A DNA stretch of 64,000 nt from Nitrosopumilus sp. (GTDB lineage: Archaea > Thermoproteota > Nitrososphaeria > Nitrososphaerales > Nitrosopumilaceae), in NCBI GenBank assembly GCA_965205425.1, contig CBDBGZ010000009.1, positions 64,001 through 128,000 of the forward strand, given 5' to 3'. Of this stretch, positions 10,223 through 18,268 are shown piece by piece. The translations under genes and the position numbers were made by a program. Each line of letters begins with the position of its first letter. The stretch's first letter is position 1. The notes under the pieces were generated by a model, which saw only the letters and a list, made by a program, of their open reading frames with translations, did no database searches and was not told the DNA's origin.

Positions 10223-10521
10223 GGGTGTGTCCTAAAACCATCCTCTAACATGTTTTGTAACCTCCATCAAATTAACAACTCGTATGTTGTAACAAATTAC
10301 ACGCAACGCCAACTCTTTTCTTTGAACCAACTTGTTTTTTGATGACAAGCTATTTCCAAAGATTCCTTTGAGTACTGCAAATACTGATTCAACAAGTGAC
10401 CTCTTGTGATAATGTCTGTCAAATTCATCTTGATTGTCCTGGAATAATGTTATCATTTTTTTCCATGATGCAGAGCCTTTGGGATTTCTAACCGTGTTCT
10501 TCTTTGGTTTGATGTATGGTA
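10223..10521 (-). pseudogene. Remnant of a second IS5-like (DDE_Tnp_1) element
   Basis: YHKRSLVESVF...ICYNI C-terminal DDE motif; GG-starting end at 10223; truncated at TA by IS630-A. Confidence 0.8.
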
Positions 10522-11607
10522 TAGCGAAAAGATAAAGTTCGTGAACTAAATTATTCCAAAACAAAAAACTTTTTGATCACTATGTATGGTAAAATTTGAT
10601 GAACAAGTTAGAATCACTTGAAAGCAGCATACAAAAAAAACTCCAAGGTTGCAGTAAGGATGCTTGCAGTGTTGATGATTCTAAAGGATGGAAAGGACAT
10701 ACAGTGCACTGCAAAGACATTACACCACTGCACAAGCTGGATGAGAAAATGGACGAGTCGTTTTGAGATAGATGGCCTCTACGACCACCCAAGAAGTGGC
10801 AGGCCAAGAACAATCTCCCAGACTCGAATGGATGCTATCATGTCAAAAGCAATGCTAACTTTGTTTACCCCCATAATGTTGCAACAAAGTATCTTTTATT
10901 CCACTGGAGTAAAATTTCACATAACCCACATCAGAAAGATAATGCACCAATACGGCATGTCTGCAAAAACTGCACAAAAATATCACATCAACCATGCAAG
11001 TATATCTGCTGTGAGAAGCTGGCAACAACGCACCAAAAAGAGAATTTCACGCCTAAAAAAGAAAGGATTTGTAATTGCAATGGCTGATGAAGCATTCTTT
11101 GTAAGGGATACAAAAACAGGAAAAAAGTACTGGTCACCAGTTGCCAAGAGAATATTTCTTCCATATACAGGACGACATGAGAGTCTGGCAGTGTATGGTA
11201 CAATTACAGAAAATGGCAATCAACTATTCAGAGTTTATGACAAATTCAACGCTGTAACATTTGTAGAGTACCTAAAGGAATTGCATCAGAAATATGGCAA
11301 AATTGCAATCATTTTAGATAGAGCATCAGTTCACAAATCAAAGAAGGTAAAGAAATACCTTGCAAACAATAGAGATGTCAAACTAATCTGGTTGCCAAAG
11401 GGATCACCATACTTGAAGAACATGATAGAGCAGTGCTGGAAGATAAGCAAGTATGCATTGTTGTTGGTTTCAGAGTATTATGCAATGTTTACAATAATGA
11501 ACAAGGCAGTGTCCGAATATTTCAGAGTAACCAAATTCAAGCTTGATGTTGCAAATTATATCTTTAGAAATCCTGCAAAGATGTTTGCGAACTTTTGATC
11601 GTCGCTA
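10522..11607 (+). mobile_element. IS630-family element type A, full length
   Basis: TIR TAGCGAAAAGATAAAGTTCGTGAAC / TAGCGACGATCAAAAGTTCGCAAAC; TA on both sides. Confidence 0.9.
10618..11598 (+). CDS. IS630-family transposase (start uncertain, possibly decaying)
   Basis: RSGRP, MADEA, ILDRASVH and LPKGSPYL motifs. Confidence 0.8.
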   Translation: MKAAYKKNSKVAVRMLAVLMILKDGKDIQCTAKTLHHCTSWMRKWTSRFEIDGLYDHPRSGRPRTISQTRMDAIMSKAMLTLFTPIMLQQSIFYSTGVKFHITHIRKIMHQYGMSAKTAQKYHINHASISAVRSWQQRTKKRISRLKKKGFVIAMADEAFFVRDTKTGKKYWSPVAKRIFLPYTGRHESLAVYGTITENGNQLFRVYDKFNAVTFVEYLKELHQKYGKIAIILDRASVHKSKKVKKYLANNRDVKLIWLPKGSPYLKNMIEQCWKISKYALLLVSEYYAMFTIMNKAVSEYFRVTKFKLDVANYIFRNPAKMFANF

Positions 11608-11737
11608 TAGCATTGAGAGAATAGTCTCGTATGGATACATGTCTGCCATCTTTTGATTGAAACCATTCTCTAGCGAAAGCCATGCCCTGATGTATAGAAA
11701 GAGAGGAAATGTATAAAAACAATTCACATGGATAATT
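11608..11737 (+). mobile_element. IS110 right-end remnant (130 bp)
   Basis: Matches 23886-24015 with 2 mismatches. Confidence 0.92.
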
Positions 11738-11830
11738 ACATAAAATTAGTTTGGGGGTAATAGGTTTACAATCACCAATATCTATTATGTTTGAATCATG
11801 TTTACTGTGAGAAAGGAAAATCGCGGTCAT
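11738..11830 (-). pseudogene. 5' fragment of a probable TIR-domain gene truncated by IS110
   Basis: MTAIFLSHSKHD matches the TIR N-terminal (V/I)FLSHSxxD motif; its ATG overlaps the reconstructed Mrr stop (ATGA). Confidence 0.6.
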
Positions 11831-11836
11831 TGATTT

Positions 11837-11925
11837 TCACCATTAAAATTATCTATTAGCTTCATCACCATTAAAATTATCTATTAGCTTCATCACCATT
11901 AAAATTATCTATTAGCTTCATCACC
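11837..11925. repeat. 28-bp tandem repeat, 3.2 copies
   Basis: TCACCATTAAAATTATCTATTAGCTTCA at 11837, 11865 and 11893, then TCACC. Confidence 0.95.
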
Positions 11926-12569
11926 TCTTGTCTATTCCACAATTCAATGCCTATTTTTGCAGCTAATTCTCTTGCCCCATTTGTGTAAACTGAATTTGTA
12001 ATTACTATGCCAACGTCTGTGTCATAATACGCTACTGCTCCATGTGCTTCTTGTACTGCACCGTTTGATACTTTTCTGTCAATAGAGTATCGCTTTGCTT
12101 GAAAAACATATTTGGTCTCATCTTTTGTTGCAAGTACATCTCCTCCTTGATCACCACTTTTTCCTGTAACTACTACGTCTGAAAATCCATTACTTTTTAA
12201 CAACTCCGCCACAAAGTCTTGAAATTCATTCCCATCTAATCTATCAGCCTGAAATATACTTAATTTTTGAATATTTGTTCTAGTTGGTTCATTTCTATTT
12301 TTAATTTGAGGTTTTGCGATATCTGCCTTTTCAATTTCAACATGAATTAATTCCATTAATTTCCTCTTTGATAATTTTTTTCTTATCATTTGATTTTGTA
12401 CAATTACTGTAGCAAAACTTTCTATATATTCTTCATCATCATATGAAAAATTTCGCATGAAATGTTGAATCACATTGGACAAAGTTCTTGTAGATTCAAA
12501 ATTATTCCAAAAGTTATTTTCTAAATCTAATGCTTTTGGAGAATAAGCGTTCCCATCAAAATATTCCAA
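11877..12569 (-). CDS. Mrr-like (type IV) restriction endonuclease domain protein
   Basis: DGNEFQDFVAELL, GDQGGDVLA, FQAKRY, AVQE and VITNS Mrr_cat motifs. Confidence 0.9.
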   Translation of the reverse strand: MEYFDGNAYSPKALDLENNFWNNFESTRTLSNVIQHFMRNFSYDDEEYIESFATVIVQNQMIRKKLSKRKLMELIHVEIEKADIAKPQIKNRNEPTRTNIQKLSIFQADRLDGNEFQDFVAELLKSNGFSDVVVTGKSGDQGGDVLATKDETKYVFQAKRYSIDRKVSNGAVQEAHGAVAYYDTDVGIVITNSVYTNGARELAAKIGIELWNRQEVMKLIDNFNGDEANR

Positions 12570-14228
12570 CTATCTCCATCCTCCTTTTTTATGAACTAGA
12601 GTCTGTTTTTTGATTTTATCAAATACTATAATTTTACTTCCAAATAATTTTTTGACTTTAAACACAGAGAATTTACTGTTTGATGAACATTCCCATTTTT
12701 TTATTTTTTCTAGTTCTTTGTATGCTGAAATAACATTTTGGACTTCTTGATGTTCCTTTTCTACTGGTTGTAATTGTTTACACGTATCACAAAGTTTTCC
12801 ACTAACACAACTGTTACTGTAAGATTGTTCGCACAATTCACATTTTCTAGAATCCTTCAAACAATGATTTTTCTCACAAATTCCGCAAATGGTGATATCA
12901 TTTGAGCAAAATTGTGATTTACATTCAATACATTCCGTGGAATCTAACTGGCATAGACGTTTTTCACATTTTTTACAGGCATGAAGTGACTCTTCGCAGA
13001 ATCTTTGGAAACAAATCTGACAGTTATCAGAACAAAGTCCTTCTTGGCACAGATAACATGGATTAAGTTCATTAGTACATGATGCACAAACATCCTTCTC
13101 ACATTTTACACAATGAGTTGTACAAAAATCACAACTTAGATGAGAGTTAATACAAAGATGAGTCTTTTCCATTTGATTTTTACAAATTTCACAATTTACA
13201 ATAAAATTTTTTGAAGGATCAACATATTTTATATGAACTTGTTTATTTGAAACATTATTTTTAAATTCTAAATTACAATCTGTTATACTATACGAATACA
13301 CTTTAGCTGCGACAAGTACAAAATCTACTATTGGACGATATCTTTTTTCTATTTGTTCTATCTGAATTGCTTTATCTTTAGTTACTCTTTGAACTAGTTT
13401 TCCTAATTTTTCTTGTTCTTTTGAAATTTTTTCCTCTTGTTTATTTTTCTGTTCTGCATATTTTACTTGAGTTTTATATGAACGTGCATTAGAAATTTTT
13501 CTATCATATTCATATAATTTGTTTCTCTGTAAGCTAACATCTTGATTATATTCTTTAATCCGTCTTTCATGTGCTTGGTGAACTGAATTGATATCTCTAG
13601 TTTTATTGTTTTCAGTTAAATCTGCATATTTTAGTGCTAAATATTTAATCTCATCATTTAGAAATTCTGTTGCTTTACTATATGCATAATCAATTCTAGA
13701 ATCGTTTTGTTCATACTTTATTTCTCCCAATGATTCATCAACCATTATTTCTGATGGAAATTCAAGAATCTCAAGTGTCTCTAAATCAACATCTACCCAT
13801 CTTAGCATAGCAACTCGTTTGATACTCTTTACATTGATGTTGAAAAAATATCTAACTGCCAGTTTGAATTCTTCTTCAGAATCAACACAGCTAATTTTAC
13901 AGTTATGAGTAGATATTGTGCCTACAGCTTCCTGTGGATTTTGTGTCTGTTTTTGGAGATGTGCGCCTACTACTGGAGCTTGTTTTCGAATCTGATCTAG
14001 AATAATATCTAGAAAATTACTTCCAGGTACCACAAGTTCACATGAATGAGTTTCAGCAATTCCATAATCAAATGTTACTCTTTTAGAAATTGTTCTAAAT
14101 ATTGGTTCAAATTTCTCAGGTATTGTAATAGAATACAATCCGTGGGATTCTTCCACTTCAGCTCCGATTTTCTGTAGATAATCTAGAGAAAGTTCTTTTG
14201 AAAGTTCTAAAATTTCTTTGTCATCCAT
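12570..14228 (-). CDS. Hypothetical protein: YqhG-like N-terminus (tentative), central coiled coil, C-terminal multi-CxxC Zn-finger array
   Basis: Helical K/E/Q-rich region at about aa 210-300; more than 10 CxxC motifs; 2 nt downstream of the helicase. Confidence 0.75.
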   Translation of the reverse strand: MDDKEILELSKELSLDYLQKIGAEVEESHGLYSITIPEKFEPIFRTISKRVTFDYGIAETHSCELVVPGSNFLDIILDQIRKQAPVVGAHLQKQTQNPQEAVGTISTHNCKISCVDSEEEFKLAVRYFFNINVKSIKRVAMLRWVDVDLETLEILEFPSEIMVDESLGEIKYEQNDSRIDYAYSKATEFLNDEIKYLALKYADLTENNKTRDINSVHQAHERRIKEYNQDVSLQRNKLYEYDRKISNARSYKTQVKYAEQKNKQEEKISKEQEKLGKLVQRVTKDKAIQIEQIEKRYRPIVDFVLVAAKVYSYSITDCNLEFKNNVSNKQVHIKYVDPSKNFIVNCEICKNQMEKTHLCINSHLSCDFCTTHCVKCEKDVCASCTNELNPCYLCQEGLCSDNCQICFQRFCEESLHACKKCEKRLCQLDSTECIECKSQFCSNDITICGICEKNHCLKDSRKCELCEQSYSNSCVSGKLCDTCKQLQPVEKEHQEVQNVISAYKELEKIKKWECSSNSKFSVFKVKKLFGSKIIVFDKIKKQTLVHKKGGWR

Positions 14229-14230
14229 TT

Positions 14231-16003
14231 TTATCTACTCGCTGACAAATCAAAATTAGCAAATACTTGATCATCAAAATCCATTATTGTATCATGCAAG
14301 TCTTTTTTGGTATGAGATAACTTATCACCTAGCGCTGAGAATTTATTTTGTGTGTCTTTTCTAGTTGTTGCTGACATGTATGATTCAAAAATTTCCGAAG
14401 GAAGTTTCTCAAATCCCTCATCTTCAAATAATAAATCAAGATCTCCGATTGTCATTTTAAATAAGTTAATTTTATCAAACAATAATTTTAGAACATATTC
14501 TTCAATACTTCCAATGATTGCTAAATTATGAATATGTACATCTTCATCCTGTCCGATTCTATGAACTCGTCCCACTCTTTGTTCTACTCGCATTGGATTC
14601 CATGGTAGATCATAATTGATCACTTTACTACAAAATTGAAAATTTTGACCCTCGCCACCAGCTTCAGTTGCAATCATAATTTGAATATCTCGTTTGAATT
14701 TACTAACTGCAGTATCCCTTTCTCTTGCAGACATTGAACCGTTAAATTTTACTGCTTCAATTCCTTCATCATCAAAATAATCAAAAATATAATCTTGTGT
14801 ATCTCTAAATTCTGTAAAGATTAGATGTTTTTCTTCTGGGTTTTCTTTAATTATATCTCGTAACCTCTGCATTTTAGAATCTACTTTGATTTTGTCAGCT
14901 AACTCCAAAATACTCTCAAGTTCATCTACATACTGAGGGAATTGTTGTTTTTTGTTCTTAATTGCACCTCTCAAAGCAGATGTACTGCTTGAAATTTGCC
15001 TCTGAAGTGTCATTAGAGGTAAAACAAAGTTTCTTCCTCCTTTTTGATCAAGCCATAATTTTCTAACAAATTCCGTAGCATGTTGATACAGTTGACTTTC
15101 ATATTCAGATGGTTCTAAAAGATGGGTTCTTGGGATTCTGTCTGTAAATTCAATGTATTCTTTTACTTCTTCTCTAGTTGTTCTGATAATTACTTGTCTT
15201 AGAATTTCTTGTAATTCAAATCTTCTTTGAGGAATAATCTTTTGTGCCTTTTTATCACTTGTAAAACTTGATGCAAAATCTCTCCAAGACCCAAGATATC
15301 CTGGTTTGATTATTTCAACTAGGTTGTATAATTCTTCTAAATTATTTTGAATGGGTGTTGCAGATAATAAGAAAATAAATTTTTTCTGTAATTCTCTTAC
15401 AAACTGATTGGCTTGTGTAGTTGATTTTTTTAATCTATGAGCTTCATCTACAATCACTACGTCCCATTCAATATATTTTAACAAATTTGCATTTCGTGGT
15501 TGAATTGCTGATGAAATTGAAGAAATTAGCATAGTATGTTTATCATACCCTTCAAATCTAGAATCATCTTTGTTAACTATAAAATCAAGTTCAAATTTCG
15601 ATTTTAGTTCTTCTTGCCATTGACTTCGTAATGAAGGTGGAGTAAGAATTAATGCATTGTGTATCATTCCAGTTACAAAATATTCTTTTAGTAAAATTCC
15701 TGCTTCAACGGTTTTTCCTAAACCTACTTCATCAGCTAAAATCACTCTACCATTAAGATTATTTTTTACAAGTTTAGCTGCCATGATTTGATGATCAAAA
15801 ATTGAGATAGTCGAATTTAGTGAATTTTGAATTGTTAGTCCACGAGATTGCTGTGCATTAATAATTTCATACGCCTTTAGAAGATTTGACAGATCATCAG
15901 ATTTGTTAAAGAGTAATCGTCTTAGTTTATTTTTTACTCCATAGGTATCAAAATACCTCAATTCCACTCTATTACCGCTATTCCAATCTGACAAAATTTC
16001 CAC
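14231..16003 (-). CDS. SNF2/RapA-type SF2 helicase (YqhH-like)
   Basis: ILADEVGLGKT, DEAH, LLSATP, TEAGGEGQNFQ and QRVGRVHRIGQ motifs. Confidence 0.92.
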   Translation of the reverse strand: MEILSDWNSGNRVELRYFDTYGVKNKLRRLLFNKSDDLSNLLKAYEIINAQQSRGLTIQNSLNSTISIFDHQIMAAKLVKNNLNGRVILADEVGLGKTVEAGILLKEYFVTGMIHNALILTPPSLRSQWQEELKSKFELDFIVNKDDSRFEGYDKHTMLISSISSAIQPRNANLLKYIEWDVVIVDEAHRLKKSTTQANQFVRELQKKFIFLLSATPIQNNLEELYNLVEIIKPGYLGSWRDFASSFTSDKKAQKIIPQRRFELQEILRQVIIRTTREEVKEYIEFTDRIPRTHLLEPSEYESQLYQHATEFVRKLWLDQKGGRNFVLPLMTLQRQISSSTSALRGAIKNKKQQFPQYVDELESILELADKIKVDSKMQRLRDIIKENPEEKHLIFTEFRDTQDYIFDYFDDEGIEAVKFNGSMSARERDTAVSKFKRDIQIMIATEAGGEGQNFQFCSKVINYDLPWNPMRVEQRVGRVHRIGQDEDVHIHNLAIIGSIEEYVLKLLFDKINLFKMTIGDLDLLFEDEGFEKLPSEIFESYMSATTRKDTQNKFSALGDKLSHTKKDLHDTIMDFDDQVFANFDLSASR

Positions 16004-16061
16004 TTATTGCTAACCTCATCTTCTCATATTTTTGCTTATTTAGTTTAGGCATGCAGTCTAT

Positions 16062-16203
16062 TAGACGTCTTGCGTAATTATTTCTAGGCATGAATTTTGT
16101 TGCAGGATTTTTCAAATTGGTTGAGAAATTTGAATTTTCAGGTATGAATTCTGTTAAAATACAAAATTTGAGAAAAAATTTCTATAATTACGCAAGTGGT
16201 CTA
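16062..16203. mobile_element. 142-bp MITE
   Basis: TIR TAGACGTCTTGCGTAATTA / TAGACCACTTGCGTAATTA (17/19); non-coding. Confidence 0.75.
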
Positions 16204-17242
16204 TTGTACAAAAATTAGGTCGTCCTAAGATTAGACATTGTGTAAAGGAATACTATAGACTATATCGATCTAAAATTATGAGGAAATATCTTACTGAGAA
16301 ATCAATACGTTACATCATTGCACAGTGTAAACAAGGGTCGTAGAACAGCTACAATTGCATATGAAACGAATGTAACACAGAGACATATTCAACGTATTTG
16401 GGCAGAATTTCGTAAAACAGGTGGTACCACATGTACAAAAAACTCCTGGAAGACATTCATCAGCACCATCAGAGACCCAAACCAATCTAGTATTACAAAA
16501 ACACAAAGAACAACCAATAGGTGCAGTACGTCTTACAAAAGAACTCAAAGAAAAAGGTCACATTATAAGTTACCATAAAGTATACCAGATAATGAAGGCG
16601 AATCATCTATCAATTCCATCCCCTGCAAAATCACGTAAACGCAAATGGGTAAGATTTGAACGCAAGTATTCCAATGCAATGTGGCATGTGGATTGGCATA
16701 TGATGAAGGACCCACGCTTTAGAGGGCTGAATCTAGTCACATATCTTGATGATTCTTCAAGGTGTATCATGGCAGCACAAATATTCACTCAAGCTACATC
16801 AGAAAATGCAGCACGAGTCTTGTATAAAGCAGTCAAAAAGTTTGGTGTCCCTGCTACAATACTTTCAGATAACGGATTATGCTTTGTTGGAAGACATCAA
16901 AAAAAACCAAAAGGTTCATGGAGTCCAACACTTTTTGAAGAAGCATTGCTAGACATGGGAATTGAGTTGATAAACTCCAGACCATATCATCCACAGACAA
17001 ATGGCAAGCTAGAACGATTCCACAGAAGTATTGAAGAAGAGATATTTCACTATGATAGTCTGTCTGAATATGTCAAATATTACAATGAACGCAGACTACA
17101 CTTTTCACTAGATATTGATGCAGGTGAACGACCACTAGATGCATTTAAAGCAAGAATTGCCACAAAAACGATCAGAGATGATAACCCCAATTGGGCTGAA
17201 GAGGATACAAATGGATAAGCGACATAATTTCCGTATAGTACA
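16200..17242 (+). mobile_element. IS481-family element
   Basis: Ends TCTATTGTACAAAAATTAGGTCG and (reverse complement) TGTACTATACGGAAATTATGTCG. Confidence 0.85.
16278..17218 (+). pseudogene. IS481-family (rve integrase core) transposase with two frameshifts
   Basis: ATG at 16278 (MRKYLTEKSIRYII); frame breaks near 16328 and 16422; WHVDW, LDDSSR, SDNG and PQTNGKLERF motifs. Confidence 0.85.
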
Positions 17243-17257
17243 TCCCATTTTTTTATG
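17243..17257 (+). repeat. Right 15-bp direct repeat of the island
   Basis: TCCCATTTTTTTATG immediately after the terminal ACA. Confidence 0.85.
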
Positions 17258-17299
17258 CGTAAATCATATTTCTTGATATACCTCTTAATGTAACAATAA

Positions 17300-18268
17300 T
17301 TGTTGAGTGAAATCCTAAAAGTTGAACATTTAAAAAAATATTTTACCAAAAAAGGAATGTTTGGAACAAAATCATCAACAGTTAGAGCAACAGATGATGT
17401 TTCATTTTCATTAAAAGAAGGAGAAGTTTTTGTTTTAGCTGGAGAATCTGGCTCTGGAAAATCAACTATTGCAAAATTAATTTTAAAGTCAATTGAATTA
17501 GATTCAGGTAAAATATTTTTTGACGACCAAGAAATTGATAATCAAAAAGAAAACTTGGCAAAAATTAGAATGAACTGTCAAATGATTCACCAAGATCCAT
17601 ATGATTCCATCAATCCAAGAATGAGGATTGGAGACATTGTGTCAGAGCCACTAGAGATTCACAAAATTGGTAATAAAGAAGACAGGTACAAGAGAGTTAT
17701 CGAAGTATTACAAGAAGTAAAGCTTGAACCTGCAGAAGATATTGTAAAAAGATATCCTCACATGTTATCAGGAGGGCAAAGACAAAGAGTTGTTTTAGCA
17801 CGAGCACTTGCATTAAAACCAAAAGTAATTCTTGCTGATGAACCAGTCTCCATGTTAGATGTATCCATCAGAACAGAGATGCTAGAATTGATGCAAGAGT
17901 TACAACAAAAATACAATATTTCATTTATCTACATCACACATGATTTAGCAACTGCAAGATATTTTGGTCAAAGAATAGGTATTTTGTATATGGGGAAAAT
18001 TGTAGAAATGGGTCCAATAGATCAAGTATTAGAAAAACCCAGACATCCATATACACAGGCACTAATTGATGCAATTTCAGAGCCAGATCCAGAAAACTTG
18101 CACCGAGAAAGAAAAATTAGAATTAATGAGCCCAAGGATGTAGATGTCTGCCAAGGATGTAGATTCAGAGCAAGATGTTCCTATGTAATTGAGAAATGTA
18201 CAAGCGAACCTAATCTAGAGAAAATAAACGATGAACATTATTCTGCATGTTTTGTAAAACTAGATTAG
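17300..18268 (+). CDS. oppF: Oligopeptide/dipeptide ABC transporter ATP-binding protein
   Basis: GESGSGKS, LSGGQRQR, ADEP, HPYT and Cys-containing C-terminal domain. Confidence 0.9.
   Translation: MLSEILKVEHLKKYFTKKGMFGTKSSTVRATDDVSFSLKEGEVFVLAGESGSGKSTIAKLILKSIELDSGKIFFDDQEIDNQKENLAKIRMNCQMIHQDPYDSINPRMRIGDIVSEPLEIHKIGNKEDRYKRVIEVLQEVKLEPAEDIVKRYPHMLSGGQRQRVVLARALALKPKVILADEPVSMLDVSIRTEMLELMQELQQKYNISFIYITHDLATARYFGQRIGILYMGKIVEMGPIDQVLEKPRHPYTQALIDAISEPDPENLHRERKIRINEPKDVDVCQGCRFRARCSYVIEKCTSEPNLEKINDEHYSACFVKLD

Larger units (their letters stand above)
6950..17242. mobile_element. Putative IS481-type composite transposon carrying a helicase-nuclease operon
   Basis: Outer ends TGTTCTTTCCAAAAATTATTTCG and (reverse complement) TGTACTATACGGAAATTATGTCG; flanking 15-bp direct repeat. 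Confidence 0.7.

Noticed and set aside
11564..11830. Apparent paralogous ORFs 11564-11830 and 23770-24000
   Set aside because: The similarity comes from the duplicated IS110 non-coding end read antisense; only 11738-11830 looks like real coding sequence
11837..11925. 28-bp repeats as a CRISPR array
   Set aside because: Units are head-to-tail with no spacers and derive from Mrr coding sequence
6933..17257. Island as a casposon or integrase-type element
   Set aside because: Although it has a 15-bp duplication, no cas1, family B polymerase, tyrosine/serine integrase or tRNA att site is visible; the ends belong to IS481-like elements
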